DNA of 64,000 nucleotides from Methanomassiliicoccaceae archaeon (GCA_963728405.1 CAVSJV010000017.1:224001-288000); one strand, 5' to 3'. Counted from the stretch's first letter, positions 8,968-20,091 are shown. Translations and numbers: made by a program. Notes: a model not told the origin generated them from the sequence alone.

Positions 8968-10578
8968 TCAGTCATGCGCCCCCGCGCGGCCGTTGGTCCT
9001 GCTCTCATCCTCGGTCTCGGTACGATCGAGCATGCATCCTACGAACAGGGCGCCTATGGAGATCGGGAGCGCGATGACTATGGGGTCGACCGCTTGCCAG
9101 GGCATGCTTAGTACGGCGGGAGTGCCGAAAAAGAACTGACTGAGCCCGAGGGCCGACGATTCCTTGACGTGTACGAAGGCTGTCCAAACGAACCAACTTA
9201 TGCTTCCAAGACCGAGGGACAGTTTGGCAGCCAGTGCCGATGGTCTCTTACTGAACAGCCCATGAACGAAGGCCGGCAGGAAGGCGCAGGCGCACAACCC
9301 CATGAACATGGCCGTCGCCCTTGCAATGATGCTTCCGGGCATGATATACGCGAGACCCACGCTCGCTACTATCATGACTACAGCTCCCACCTTGTTCGCT
9401 CTTAGAGAAGGAGCCATGAGCGCAGATGAGGAGGCCCGGCCCCTCTTGATGTGCGCCCATAGATCAAAGCCAGCAGTGGTACCCATGGCATGGAATATCG
9501 CGCTCAGGGTGCTCATGGCCGCGGCCAGCAGGACGAGCATGAAGATCACTACGAACAGATCGGGCATGGCCGAGTTAATGAACAACGGCATGATGTTATC
9601 GGCATTATTATTGGCCGCCACGATCGAGATCTTGCCCAGGGTGTTGTAGAAGTAGACATTGGTCAGAGGCCCGACAGTATAGACGATGCCCGTTGTGAGC
9701 AGTATGAATAGTCCACCTACCGGTATTGCTCGGTTAAGGGCCTTGTCATCCTTAGCGGTCATGAATCGGACCACCAGCTGGGGCTGGGCCAGCACACCGA
9801 TGCCCACGCCCATTATGATGGTGGTGATCAGGGTCAGCCATATTTCTGAACCGAACTGCGGCATGGCCGTCCAGCTGGTCATCCCCTTGCTAGTCAGAGA
9901 GGCAGGAATCTGCGGAGAGAGATTGGACAAGTTAGTGAAGGCAGTGGTGGGGTCCCCCAGGAGCAGGAAGGTAAGGAAGAGTAGGACGACCATGCCCACG
10001 ATCATGATGACGCCTTGCATAGCATCAGTGTACATGACCGCGATGAGACCGCCGAATATGACATATACGGCAGTAATGACAGCAAAGGCCAGGAGGGCGA
10101 GGTTGAAATCGACCCCCAAGGTGGTCTCTACGAACCTCGAGCCCCCGATGAGCACCGCAGCCGCATAAAGAGGCATGGCGATCAGAATGATGATGGCAGA
10201 GGCGTACTGCATGAAAGATGAATTGAACCGCTTGCCCATCAGGTCGGGAAAGGTGACCGCCTTCAACCGCTTTCCGAGCTGCCTGGTCCGCTTGCCGAAC
10301 ACGATGAACGCCAGCAGTATACCTACTCCGATGTTGAGCATGGCCAGCCAGATCAAGCCCATACCGTAGAGGGCGGCGATGCCCCCAAAGCCTACGATGG
10401 CAGAAGTGCTGATGAACGTTGCCCCATAGGAAAGACCTAGGATCCAGGGATGGATCTTACGGCCGGCCAGCATGAAGTCCTCGGAGGCCTTGGTCTTCTT
10501 GTAACCCAGATAGCCGAGAAACAGGGTAGCCGCGATATAGATGGTGGCGAAGGCCCAGAATGTGGTGGTGTCGATCAT
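8968..10578 (-). CDS. Sodium:solute symporter family protein
   Basis: About 13 TM helices; FMLAGR, QPQLVVRFM, AAAMST. Confidence 0.92.
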   Translation of the reverse strand: MIDTTTFWAFATIYIAATLFLGYLGYKKTKASEDFMLAGRKIHPWILGLSYGATFISTSAIVGFGGIAALYGMGLIWLAMLNIGVGILLAFIVFGKRTRQLGKRLKAVTFPDLMGKRFNSSFMQYASAIIILIAMPLYAAAVLIGGSRFVETTLGVDFNLALLAFAVITAVYVIFGGLIAVMYTDAMQGVIMIVGMVVLLFLTFLLLGDPTTAFTNLSNLSPQIPASLTSKGMTSWTAMPQFGSEIWLTLITTIIMGVGIGVLAQPQLVVRFMTAKDDKALNRAIPVGGLFILLTTGIVYTVGPLTNVYFYNTLGKISIVAANNNADNIMPLFINSAMPDLFVVIFMLVLLAAAMSTLSAIFHAMGTTAGFDLWAHIKRGRASSSALMAPSLRANKVGAVVMIVASVGLAYIMPGSIIARATAMFMGLCACAFLPAFVHGLFSKRPSALAAKLSLGLGSISWFVWTAFVHVKESSALGLSQFFFGTPAVLSMPWQAVDPIVIALPISIGALFVGCMLDRTETEDESRTNGRAGAHD

Positions 10579-10579
10579 C

Positions 10580-10696
10580 TCAATCCTCTTCCACAAGCTC
10601 GTTCCGCTTCCACCATCCGTAGATGATGCAAACTATCGCCAAACCAATGGCCAGGCCGTACCCGGTCAATATCCAAGGGTCATCAATGCCAAACAT
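10580..10696 (-). CDS. Symporter small accessory protein (38 aa)
   Basis: MFGIDDPWILTGY...IIYGWWKRN, single TM, directly upstream of the symporter. Confidence 0.85.
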   Translation of the reverse strand: MFGIDDPWILTGYGLAIGLAIVCIIYGWWKRNELVEED

Positions 10697-10843
10697 GGGC
10701 CTCTTCCTTCTTTTGTCACCTAGAAAGGGATGCCTAGGATTGCGATACGGTCCCCCTTTCCTCCGGTTTCTGGAATCACAGTTCGAGTATATTAAGTGTG
10801 CCGTGTTAGTCCGGCTCACGCTAGCAATTAGCAGCGTTATGAT

Positions 10844-11275
10844 TCAAGTGAACTGAGATATCTCAAGTAGCTTCGCACCAGCATCCAGCAGCTTCTTGAC
10901 CGCGGTGTCGATCTCCTCCACTCGCATGATCAATAGGGCACATTTGCGGCCGGAGTAAGCATAGGAATATTCGATATTGATCCCCGCCTCTCCTAGGATA
11001 TTGATGGCCTCGTAAAGTCCACCCGGGCGGTCCTCCATCTCCACGGCGAGCACATCGGTGTACCGTACCGTAAACCCGATGGAGCGAAGCTTCTCCAGGG
11101 CCTTTTCCGGCTTGTCGACCAAGGTCCTGATGACCCCATAGCCGGCACCCTCGGCGATGGAGAAGGCGAAGATGTTGACATTCTCCTCCTTCATGGCCTT
11201 CGCGACCGCCGCCAGTCGCCCGGGGCGGTTCTCCGAGAAGATGGATAGCTGCTTGACGTGATAATTCTCGTACAT
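10844..11275 (-). CDS. Tandem ACT-domain protein
   Basis: QLSIFSENRPGRLA, EDRPGGL, INIEYSYA. Confidence 0.9.
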   Translation of the reverse strand: MYENYHVKQLSIFSENRPGRLAAVAKAMKEENVNIFAFSIAEGAGYGVIRTLVDKPEKALEKLRSIGFTVRYTDVLAVEMEDRPGGLYEAINILGEAGINIEYSYAYSGRKCALLIMRVEEIDTAVKKLLDAGAKLLEISQFT

Positions 11276-12573
11276 CAGATGTCCCTCTTGTCCACCACAA
11301 ATTTCGATTTACCTTCATATCTGGGCAGAGTGCCCGGCTCCACCAGCTCCACCGTCGCTCCAACATTAAGAGCGTTCTTCAGACGATAGGATATCCTTTC
11401 TCTGATGTCCATCAGCTGGATGATGTTGTCGGTGAACGCCTCCCGCTTCAGCTCGACCTTCACCAGCATGGAGTCCAACGCTCCCTTGCGCTCCACAACG
11501 ATCTGGAAGTGCTCTCCGACCTCTGGCACGGACAAGAGGGTGTGCTGGACCTGCGATGGGAATACATTGATGCCACGGATGATGAGCATGTCGTCCACCC
11601 GGCCGTAGATGCGCTGGATGCGTGGATGACTGCGACCGCAGGGACATGGCTCCGGATCGATGGACGAGATATCCCCGATCTTGAACCGGACGATGGGCAG
11701 CGCCTCCTTCTGCAGCATGGTGATCACCAGCTCGCCCCTTTCCCCGGGCGCCACCGGCTCTCCTTGGGGATCCAGGACCTCGATGTAGGCGAGGTCCCCC
11801 CATACATGTATGCCGTTCTGCTCCGAGCACTCCGTGAAAAGCGGCCCTGACAGTTCCGAGGTCCCGTAACAGTTGTACCCTTTGACCCCAAGCCACCCCT
11901 CTATGCGGTCCCTCATCTTTACCGACCAGGGCTCCCCGCCCAATAGGCCGACCTTCAGCTTGGTGTCCTTCTTGATGGACACCCCCATCTTCTCCGCCAC
12001 CTCACCGAGATGGAGGAGATAGGAAGGCGTGGCGGCCATGGCAGTGACCCCGAGGTCCTGTATGAGCTCGATCTGCCGTTCGGTGTTGCCGGTGGAAGCG
12101 GGGACTACGGCCGCCCCGATCCTCTCCGCAGCGTAGTGGAATCCCAGCCCTCCGCTGAACAGACCGTAGGTGTTGCTAACCTGAATCACGTCGTCGGAGG
12201 TGAGCCCGATGGAGCTCAGGGACCGGCCGAGCGAAGTCGCCCAGTTGTCGATATCGTTCCGGGTGTAGCCGACGATGGTAGGTTTTCCGGTCGTTCCAGA
12301 AGACACGTGGTAGCGCACGACCTCCTTCTTCGGTACGGCAAATATCTTATCGGGGTAACCCTCCCGGAGATCCTTCTTTCCCATGAACGGCAGCTTTCTG
12401 ACATCTTTGAGGCTTCTGATGTCGTCAGGGTGCACGTTCGCCGATCTCATCTTGGCATGGTAGAAATCGTTGAAAGAGTACAATCTGTAGGCGAGGGTCT
12501 TCATGAGCCGATATTGGAGGGCTTCGAGCTCCTCCGGCGGCATGTTCTCGATGCGGGGTTCCCAGCACACCAT
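11275..12573 (-). CDS. paaK: Phenylacetate-CoA ligase
   Basis: SSGTTGKPT, YGLFSGG, YGTSE, GRVDDMLIIRGINVFPSQ. Confidence 0.92.
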   Translation of the reverse strand: MVCWEPRIENMPPEELEALQYRLMKTLAYRLYSFNDFYHAKMRSANVHPDDIRSLKDVRKLPFMGKKDLREGYPDKIFAVPKKEVVRYHVSSGTTGKPTIVGYTRNDIDNWATSLGRSLSSIGLTSDDVIQVSNTYGLFSGGLGFHYAAERIGAAVVPASTGNTERQIELIQDLGVTAMAATPSYLLHLGEVAEKMGVSIKKDTKLKVGLLGGEPWSVKMRDRIEGWLGVKGYNCYGTSELSGPLFTECSEQNGIHVWGDLAYIEVLDPQGEPVAPGERGELVITMLQKEALPIVRFKIGDISSIDPEPCPCGRSHPRIQRIYGRVDDMLIIRGINVFPSQVQHTLLSVPEVGEHFQIVVERKGALDSMLVKVELKREAFTDNIIQLMDIRERISYRLKNALNVGATVELVEPGTLPRYEGKSKFVVDKRDI

Positions 12574-12785
12574 TGGCATATCACCATGAGGGGCGGTCGG
12601 TGTTGTAAGAAGATCCGTGACCAGACCGCCCCGCAACGGCCAGCACCCGATCTTTGGCCGGCCTGACTGACCCGGCTCAGTGTGTTAGGTGATAGCATGT
12701 AGCATTAATAGAGTTTGTCGAAGTGAACATATACCGTCGCATTTGGGCGGAACATTCATTGCCAAGGCATCGTTATCTTATCCTC

Positions 12786-13082
12786 ATGGTCGACAAGCTC
12801 GATTACCTGTACGCGATGATCGATGATCTCGATGATGACCTTTCAGCGATGCAAGAGGACCTGGAGACCGTCCTGGAACTCCTCGAGGAGGGGGACGTCA
12901 AGAAAGCCAAGATCATCCTGGAAGAGATGAACAACTTCCTGGCTGATTTCCTCGAGCCCGAAGAGTGCGTTGACGAGGAGTGCGAGTGCGTGGTCATTGA
13001 GGAGGAGCCTGAAGAGGAGCCGGCCAAGAAGCCCGAACCCAAGAAGGGCGGGAATCCCAAGCAGGCGCCCAAGAAGAAGTGA
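12786..13082 (+). CDS. Small very acidic protein with Lys/Pro-rich tail
   Basis: 98-aa ORF with genome-typical codon usage. Confidence 0.7.
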   Translation: MVDKLDYLYAMIDDLDDDLSAMQEDLETVLELLEEGDVKKAKIILEEMNNFLADFLEPEECVDEECECVVIEEEPEEEPAKKPEPKKGGNPKQAPKKK

Positions 13083-13173
13083 GGGTTGTCCCTCCGTTCT
13101 TCCATCGCCTCGCCCCATTTTCATTTTTTATCAGGCGAGGCCGCACACTTACTGCTTTCCGATCAATTTTAAT

Positions 13174-14232
13174 TTAGATGGTACAGTGGTCGGTGGAACA
13201 CTTGAGCACCAGATCCTCGACCACCGATGTAGCACGATCGACGTCCGCGGCGGTGATCCCATAGTGCGTAACCATCCTGATCAGGTGCGGACCGAAGGTG
13301 GAGACGGCCAGTCCGCTCTGTCCGGCGCGGGCCTGGAAGTCGGTGGGTTCGAGCCCTGTCCCCGAGATGTCGACCACCACGATATTGGTCTGGACCGTGG
13401 ACATGTCGATCTTTAGCATGTCCAGGACGCTCAGCGCCTTGGCCAGCTTTTTGGCGTTATCGTGATCCTCCTTCAACCTGGAGACCATCTTGTTCAGGGC
13501 CACGATGCCCGGCGCGGCGATAATGCCCGCCTGACGCATCCCGCCGCCCAGCATCTTGCGGTTCTTGCGCGCTGCCTCGATGAACTCGGTGCTGCCGACC
13601 ACCATGGAGCCGATCGGGCAGCTGAGGCCCTTGGACAGACAGAACTGGATCGAATCGACATGCCTGGCGTAGTCGCTAACCTTGATATCCAAGGCCACCG
13701 CGGCGTTGAATATCCTTGCACCATCAATGTGCACCTTCATGCCCAGCTCGTGGGCCGTCCTGGCGACCTCGGCCACTTGGGACGGCTTCCAGCAGGTGCC
13801 CCCGGCCCGATTGTGGGTGTTCTCGATCTCCAGCAGCTTGGAGGGCGGGAAGTGCAGGTCTTTACCTCTGGCCGCTTCCCTGACCTGCTGGCCGGTGAAG
13901 ATACCGTGGTCACCCCTGATCAGGCGGGGAATGGTACCAGCCACCGCGGAGATGCCCCCTACCTCATAGAAGTATAGGTGGGCTTCCGACTCCAGGATTA
14001 TCTCGTCGCCCGGGCGGCAGTGAGACATCACCGAGACCAGATTTCCCTGGGTCCCGCTCGTTACCAGTAAGGCGGCCTCCGTTCCGAACATCCTGGCCGC
14101 CAGCTCCTGAAGCCTGTTCACGGTAGGATCGTCTTGGGATACGTCATCGCCCAGCTCGGCCTGGGAGATCGATTCCATCATCTCCGGGGTGGGCAGGGTG
14201 ACCGTGTCGCTCCTGAGGTCGATGAGCTTCAT
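13174..14232 (-). CDS. ltaE: Low-specificity L-threonine aldolase
   Basis: IDLRSDTVT, ENTHNRAGG, HIDGARIFNA, CLSKGL, GGGMRQAG. Confidence 0.93.
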   Translation of the reverse strand: MKLIDLRSDTVTLPTPEMMESISQAELGDDVSQDDPTVNRLQELAARMFGTEAALLVTSGTQGNLVSVMSHCRPGDEIILESEAHLYFYEVGGISAVAGTIPRLIRGDHGIFTGQQVREAARGKDLHFPPSKLLEIENTHNRAGGTCWKPSQVAEVARTAHELGMKVHIDGARIFNAAVALDIKVSDYARHVDSIQFCLSKGLSCPIGSMVVGSTEFIEAARKNRKMLGGGMRQAGIIAAPGIVALNKMVSRLKEDHDNAKKLAKALSVLDMLKIDMSTVQTNIVVVDISGTGLEPTDFQARAGQSGLAVSTFGPHLIRMVTHYGITAADVDRATSVVEDLVLKCSTDHCTI

Positions 14233-14324
14233 TTAGATTTCTCCGACCACTCTGACGAGCGTGGTCGGACCGTTGAGCCCAACTTCATTAATAACTATTG
14301 CGTTACAAGACAATTGAGTCAATA

Positions 14325-14741
14325 TCATTTCTTCCCGGCCTTACCTATCTTCCTCAGATTGACCAACTCCTCTTCGACCTCGTGAATGCAGACGCTTCGC
14401 CGAGCATCATTTCGCTCCAGTCCACTGAGAGATAACAAAAGGATCACGAAAGCCGCCAAGCTCAGGGCCCCGGCGTACAGAATTACCAACAGCAGATCGC
14501 CCAGCGCTAGCAGTGCGATCGGTAACAGGATGGCCTCGGCCAGCAGCATTACGGTCAGTGCGTCCAGTTCCCTCCGGACGATATCCTGGAATTCCTTCGA
14601 ACGATCCTGCTTACGACGCTCATTGACAAGAGCCAGTTCCAGCTTGACCCGGGCGGCCTGAGCGAATGCCCCCGACATACTGCCATCAAGCGACACAGCC
14701 TGTTTCACACTAACCTTCACCGAATCGGCCGAGGGGACCAT
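14325..14741 (-). CDS. Hypothetical membrane protein (2 TM)
   Basis: ORF with hydrophobic hairpin. Confidence 0.55.
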   Translation of the reverse strand: MVPSADSVKVSVKQAVSLDGSMSGAFAQAARVKLELALVNERRKQDRSKEFQDIVRRELDALTVMLLAEAILLPIALLALGDLLLVILYAGALSLAAFVILLLSLSGLERNDARRSVCIHEVEEELVNLRKIGKAGKK

Positions 14742-14803
14742 ATAACTTCCCGACGGGTTGAGAACTGAGATATAGCAATGAGGCCCATCCCGGCGACGAG
14801 ACG

Positions 14804-14986
14804 ATGAAGAGACAGCTCCTGGATATCCTGGCCTGCCCGGTCTGCAAGTACCATCCGCTTCAGTTAGAGGCCACCATAGAAAATGATAAGGGCGTGGCGG
14901 AGGGCAAACTCACCTGCCCCCGGTGTAGGATCGACTATCCGATCATCGATAGCATCCCTGACCTGATACCGCCCGATACGAAGTAG
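14804..14986 (+). CDS. trm112: Trm112 family methyltransferase activator
   Basis: LLDILACPVCK..L..G.L.CP.C...YPI.D.IP.L. Confidence 0.9.
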   Translation: MKRQLLDILACPVCKYHPLQLEATIENDKGVAEGKLTCPRCRIDYPIIDSIPDLIPPDTK

Positions 14987-14990
14987 TGGT

Positions 14991-16146
14991 CTAGAGCTTG
15001 GCCAGCGCTTCCTTCATCCTGGTCATTCCTTCTTTGATGTCCTTTCTGGAACAGGCATAGGAGACGCGGAAATGCCCTTCTCCGGACGGACCAAAGGCCG
15101 AACCAGGCGTAACGGCGACATGCGCCTTCTCCAATAGATAGGCGGCCATGTCCTCTGAGCCAATCTTCGCATCGTACGAAGGGAAGAGGTAGAAGGCGCC
15201 GGCAGGCTCCGGGCAATGTAACGATGGTATCTCTTTTACGAGCGACATTATGAGGTCTCGGCGGGCCCGGAACTCCTCGACCATCTTTTCGACGGACCCC
15301 TGGGGACCGTTGAGCGCCTCAACTCCCGCCTTCTGGACAAAGGATGTGACGCAGGTCAATGAATGGGTCTGGAGAGTGTTCAGCGACTTGATGATCGGGA
15401 CCGGTGCCACAGCCCAGCCCAGCCTCCAGCCGGTCATGGCATAGGTCTTGGAGACGCCGTTCACGGTGATGGTTCGCTCGAACATGCCGTCCAAGGCAGC
15501 AATGGAGTGGTGCTTCCCTTCGAAGATGACCTTTTCGTAGACCTCATCGCTCAGGACCAAAAGGTCATGGTCCTTTGACAGGTCGGCGATGCCCTTTACG
15601 TCCTCTTCGGTGAGCACCGAACCGGTCGGGTTGGCCGGGGAATTGAGAAGGACCATCTTGGTCTTGGGGCCGATCTTCTCGGCCACCTTCTCGGGGGTCA
15701 TCCGATAGGCGTATTCGGCATCCAGATGGACGAACTTAGGTATCCCGCCTGCCAGCCGCACGCACGCTTCGTAGGTGCCCCAGGTCGGGATCGGGAAGTA
15801 TTACCTCATCGCCCTCGTCGATCATGGCCAGCATGGTCATGAAGATCGCTTGCTTTGTGGGGGTGATGAGCACGTTGGCGTCGGTGCACGGGATGCCGTT
15901 ATCCTTCCGGGCCCTCTCCGCCACCGCTTTTCGTAGTTCCGGGATGCCGGCCGATGGAGTGTAATGAGTGAAATGATCATTGAGCGACCTGATGCAGGCC
16001 TCGTTGATGTTGTCTGGAGTTGCGAAATCAGGCTCTCCCATAGAGAAGGAGACTATGTCAGCTCCTTCCTGCTTGAGCTTGCTCACAATGTTCGCTATCT
16101 TTACTGTCCCCGACTCGGGCACGGTGCTCAGGCGCCTAGCAGCCAT
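14991..16146 (-). CDS. Aspartate/aromatic aminotransferase class I/II (frameshift near 15785)
   Basis: [41 protein letters not shown] across two ORFs. Confidence 0.9.
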
Positions 16147-16274
16147 CGGACCAAGGAATACGGAGAACCCATTTTATGCTTTCCGTGACCGGCCCAGGGC
16201 ATTATCGGATTCATAGGGGCATTCTAGAAATTTTCAAATACGAGGCAGGAATAACCAGCCATCGGTGTATTAAA

Positions 16275-17183
16275 ATGCCTTTCGAGTTGGACATGTCCAA
16301 GCTCCGGTACGGGACCGACCTCGTGAAGAGAGGATTCGCCAGGATGCAGCAAGGGGGGGTCGTCATGGACGTAACCAACGCTGAGCAGGCCAAGATCGCC
16401 GAGGAAGCCGGTGCGGTGGCGGTCATGGCCCTAGAGCGCGTTCCTGCCGACATCAGGGCGCAGGGTGGCGTGGCCAGGATGTCTGACCCGGCCATGATCG
16501 AACAGATCATCGATTCCGTGACCATCCCCGTTATGGCCAAGTGCAGGATCGGCCACTTCGTGGAAGCGCAGATCCTCGAGTCGCTGGGAGTCGACATGAT
16601 CGACGAGTCCGAGGTGCTGACCCCGGCCGATCCGTTCTATCACGTCATCAAGAGCGGGTTCACCGTCCCCTTCGTTTGCGGCGCAAGGGATCTTGGCGAA
16701 GCGTTGAGACGCATCGACGAGGGAGCGGCCATGATCCGGACCAAGGGGGAGGCCGGCACGGGTAACGTGGTCGAAGCGGTCCGCCACCAGCGGGTCATCA
16801 TGGGCAAGGTCCGCGAACTGAAGGGCAAGGATGAGGATGAGCTCCGGTCTGTGGCCAGGGAAATCCAGGCGCCGTTCTTACTGGTAAAAGAGGTCGCTGG
16901 GCTCCAGAGGCTGCCGGTGATCAACTTCGCTGCGGGGGGCATAGCCACCCCGGCGGACGCCGCGCTCATGATGCAGCTCGGTTCGGACGGGGTGTTCGTC
17001 GGCTCCGGCATCTTCAAGTCCAACAATCCAGCCGAGAGGGCCAAGGCCATCGTAGAAGCGGTCACGCACTACGACGACCCCGCGGTCATCGCCAGCATCT
17101 CCAAGAACCTAGGAGAGGCCATGAGGGGAGTGGAGATTTCCACCATCCCCGCAGACCAGCGCCTGCAAGAGCGGGGCTGGTGA
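16275..17183 (+). CDS. pdxS: Pyridoxal 5'-phosphate synthase lyase subunit
   Basis: [43 protein letters not shown]. Confidence 0.97.
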   Translation: MPFELDMSKLRYGTDLVKRGFARMQQGGVVMDVTNAEQAKIAEEAGAVAVMALERVPADIRAQGGVARMSDPAMIEQIIDSVTIPVMAKCRIGHFVEAQILESLGVDMIDESEVLTPADPFYHVIKSGFTVPFVCGARDLGEALRRIDEGAAMIRTKGEAGTGNVVEAVRHQRVIMGKVRELKGKDEDELRSVAREIQAPFLLVKEVAGLQRLPVINFAAGGIATPADAALMMQLGSDGVFVGSGIFKSNNPAERAKAIVEAVTHYDDPAVIASISKNLGEAMRGVEISTIPADQRLQERGW

Positions 17184-17209
17184 GAAACCCTTTTTCCTTT
17201 TACAAATCT

Positions 17210-17869
17210 TCAGTGGTTCGGATTGTTGACGATCTTGGGCACCGACTGCAATACCTCGGAAACGACTTCGGGTGCTCTCATCTGCCGCGGCCCCAGGGAC
17301 ACTTTGACATCAGCGATCTTGTATACTGGGCTCTTGTAATCGCCCTCCGGGAACCCGCCGATAATGGCCAGCACCGTGCCGGTGGACCGGGTCTCGAACA
17401 TCTCCTTGATGGACCGCTCCTGACCTGATGGGGTCAGAGCGACCACCAGGTCCGCACCCAGGTCCTGGATCAGTTCCTTGAAGCTACGAGAAGTAACCTG
17501 GAACCCCGGAACGCTTCCCCCCTTCAGGAGTGTGCCCATGTCGTTCAGGAATTTGATGTAGTTGGGCGGGATGTCCGCGCCGGGCTCGACCTCGATGACC
17601 TTGTCCCCGCGGGTGTGGACGTAGACCCGCAGCACCCCCTTACGGTTTGGTATGGAGTTCTGGCACAGCGACAGACAGTTGTGCACGATGTCCGCCCTTC
17701 CCCGCCTTCCGCTCTCCGGCAGGGTCTTGACCAGGTCGTGATGGAAGTATGCGTCCAGCACAGCTAAGGAATGCATGGACTGGACGGCCTCCAGCTCCTC
17801 ATCCTTTTCCGCCTTGATCTCAGGCACCAGTTCAAGCTCGGCGTCGGCGAGGACTATGACGACTTTCAC
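17210..17869 (-). CDS. nep1: Nep1/Emg1-family SPOUT rRNA pseudouridine methyltransferase
   Basis: LADAELELVP, RRGRADIVH..L, IIGGFPEGD. Confidence 0.8.
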   Translation of the reverse strand: MKVVIVLADAELELVPEIKAEKDEELEAVQSMHSLAVLDAYFHHDLVKTLPESGRRGRADIVHNCLSLCQNSIPNRKGVLRVYVHTRGDKVIEVEPGADIPPNYIKFLNDMGTLLKGGSVPGFQVTSRSFKELIQDLGADLVVALTPSGQERSIKEMFETRSTGTVLAIIGGFPEGDYKSPVYKIADVKVSLGPRQMRAPEVVSEVLQSVPKIVNNPNH

Positions 17870-18939
17870 GATACTACATCCTCTAGCTTGTTCATCACAC
17901 TTGCGTCCTTGATCTCCCTAGCGATGCGCTGCCCGGTGCTCATCCCCGGCTCGATCAGGTCGGAGTATGGTGAGCCCGTGATGAACGGATTGGTCCCGGC
18001 GACGATACGACAGGATATCTCGAAGACCTTGAACTCCAGCTTGTCGGTGACGATGGATTCCAGGCAGAACGGACCGATCAGGCCTCCGAACAGCTCGTAG
18101 CTCTTCTGGATGACGCTTTCCCCCATCTCGAAGACCTTGGATAGCAAGCTCTCCCGTATGACGATGGGGATGTTACCGGTGACCACCAGCGAGGGAAACA
18201 TACCGTGCTTCTTCAGTTCCTCCGTCGATCCCAGCTTGTACAGTTCGTCGATGTTGCTCTCGTCCCGGCGGTCCATGGACAGTAGCTCCAGGGAGCCATT
18301 GCCGACCCGGTAGCCGCGCTGATGCACCGGGGAGTAGAAGTAGTGCAGGTAGTACCTAGTGCCCAGGATGTACTCCTGAATGGTGTAGGATTCCTGGCTC
18401 AGATCAATGCCCATCTTGAACTCCATGTAGTCCTTGGCGATGAAAAAGCCCCTGCCGCCCTTGGCCCCGTTGTACTTGACAAGCACGGGCTCCTTGATCT
18501 CCTTGGCGTCGGCGATCCGCTTGGGCATCTGGATGCCCGCTGACTCCAGCCAAGAGCGCTGGGTGTCCCGGTCCTCTTCCCACTTGAGCACGGCCCGGTT
18601 GCCGAAGGTGGGCACTTCCATGGCCTCGAAGCGCCGCGTTCCCATGTACTCCACGAAGGAGCCATGGGGGATGATTATGACGTTCCTCTCGACCAGCTCA
18701 TCGGCCTTGTCCACGAAGTCATCGTAGCTGTCGAAACGAAGGATCTCATCCGGCTTGGCCAGCGGAAAAGCATCATAGAATTTGGTCTTCTGGTTGACCG
18801 CCAGCCCTAGCGTCTTGAACCCTTCCTTCTTGGCCCCGTTGAAGATCTGAAGGGAAGTATGCGAGCATAAGGTGGCGATGGTGATGTCCTTTGGATCGTA
18901 ATCCTTGAGAAGCTCGAGTATCTTTTTCTTCGGGACCAT
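17866..18939 (-). CDS. purP: Formate-dependent FAICAR synthetase
   Basis: IATLCSHTSLQI, IPHGSF, GAKGGRG, GPFCLE, FEISCRIVAGTN. Confidence 0.93.
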   Translation of the reverse strand: MVPKKKILELLKDYDPKDITIATLCSHTSLQIFNGAKKEGFKTLGLAVNQKTKFYDAFPLAKPDEILRFDSYDDFVDKADELVERNVIIIPHGSFVEYMGTRRFEAMEVPTFGNRAVLKWEEDRDTQRSWLESAGIQMPKRIADAKEIKEPVLVKYNGAKGGRGFFIAKDYMEFKMGIDLSQESYTIQEYILGTRYYLHYFYSPVHQRGYRVGNGSLELLSMDRRDESNIDELYKLGSTEELKKHGMFPSLVVTGNIPIVIRESLLSKVFEMGESVIQKSYELFGGLIGPFCLESIVTDKLEFKVFEISCRIVAGTNPFITGSPYSDLIEPGMSTGQRIAREIKDASVMNKLEDVVS

Positions 18940-19002
18940 AAGAACAGATTTCGAACCTTTATGATAAACTTTTCCTAGGTCACTTTATGATGGGCTCTGG
19001 GG

Positions 19003-19540
19003 TCAGACCAGCTGAACTCCCAAGAGCAGGAACGAGTCAGTAGACCGCAACCGCCCGGGTAATCCCCGCCAGGAAGTTGGTCAGGGCGAACCACCGGAGC
19101 TTCATCACGCCCTCTTTGTTGAATAAGGCGAAGAGGTAGATGGGCACGGTGTCCACCATGAGAGGTATGCTGAGTATCACATAGAGGCCGACATAGCGGG
19201 CCCAGGCCACAAAGCGTCGCATCAGCTCCAGGAACCAACGGAAGAATCGGCGCTTCGTAGTTAGGCGATCGAAACTATTGTTCAACCTGTCCCCCAAAAG
19301 GAAGACGATGACGGCCCCGACCGCCTTTCCCGACCCCAGCACCAGGGCCTTTATCACGATGGAAGTTTCCGGACTGAAGAACAGGCCGATCTCCACCGGA
19401 ATGGGAAGAAAGACCGTAGCGGCTACCGCGTAGATGAAGAAGACAACACTATAGGCCACCGGGTCTTTGGACAGGCCCTTCAAGAAATTGGATGAGGCCT
19501 TGGATAGGGTCCACGCATCAAGGAGCAGGTTAGATAGCAA
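19003..19540 (-). CDS. DedA/VTT-like membrane protein, paralog 1 (probable frameshift near 19038)
   Basis: LPIPVEIGL..SPE, ILSIP..DTVPIYLF; shifted frame restores the C-terminus FLLLGVQLV, matching the paralog. Confidence 0.7.
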
Positions 19541-19560
19541 TAACGATTACGGTCAGCGGG

Positions 19561-20091
19561 TCAGATGAGCTTGACGCCCAGCAGGTAGAAGATCGCCAAG
19601 AAGATCAGGGCCCGGGTCACTCCAGAAAGGAAACAGACCACGGCGAACCATTTCATCTGGAAGACCCCCTTTTCGTTGAACACCGAGAAGAGGTACAGAG
19701 GGACGGTGTCGGGGAAAATGGGTATGCTCAGGATAATATAAAGGCCGACATAATGCAGCTTGGCCACCAACCATTCGGACCAGTTGACCAGATAATTGAA
19801 CCACCGCCACCGCGAGGACCACACCCTTAGCTTTTCGCCGACCGTCAGGCCGATATAGAATACCAGGATGGACCCGATCATCTTGCCCAGGCCCATGATG
19901 AGGGCCTTTACTAGGACGGGCGTCTCGGGGCTGAAGAGCAGGCCGATCTCCACCGGAATGGGCAAGATGATCGCTGCCAAGATGGCATAGATGAAAAAAA
20001 TGATGCTAAAGCTGAAAGGATCGCTCGCACTAACCTCCAGAAAGTGCACTAGGCCATCGATGAAAGAAGCGATCCCTGAGGCCAGGTCCAT
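19561..20091 (-). CDS. DedA/VTT-like membrane protein, paralog 2
   Basis: Same motifs as the neighbouring paralog. Confidence 0.72.
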   Translation of the reverse strand: MDLASGIASFIDGLVHFLEVSASDPFSFSIIFFIYAILAAIILPIPVEIGLLFSPETPVLVKALIMGLGKMIGSILVFYIGLTVGEKLRVWSSRWRWFNYLVNWSEWLVAKLHYVGLYIILSIPIFPDTVPLYLFSVFNEKGVFQMKWFAVVCFLSGVTRALIFLAIFYLLGVKLI

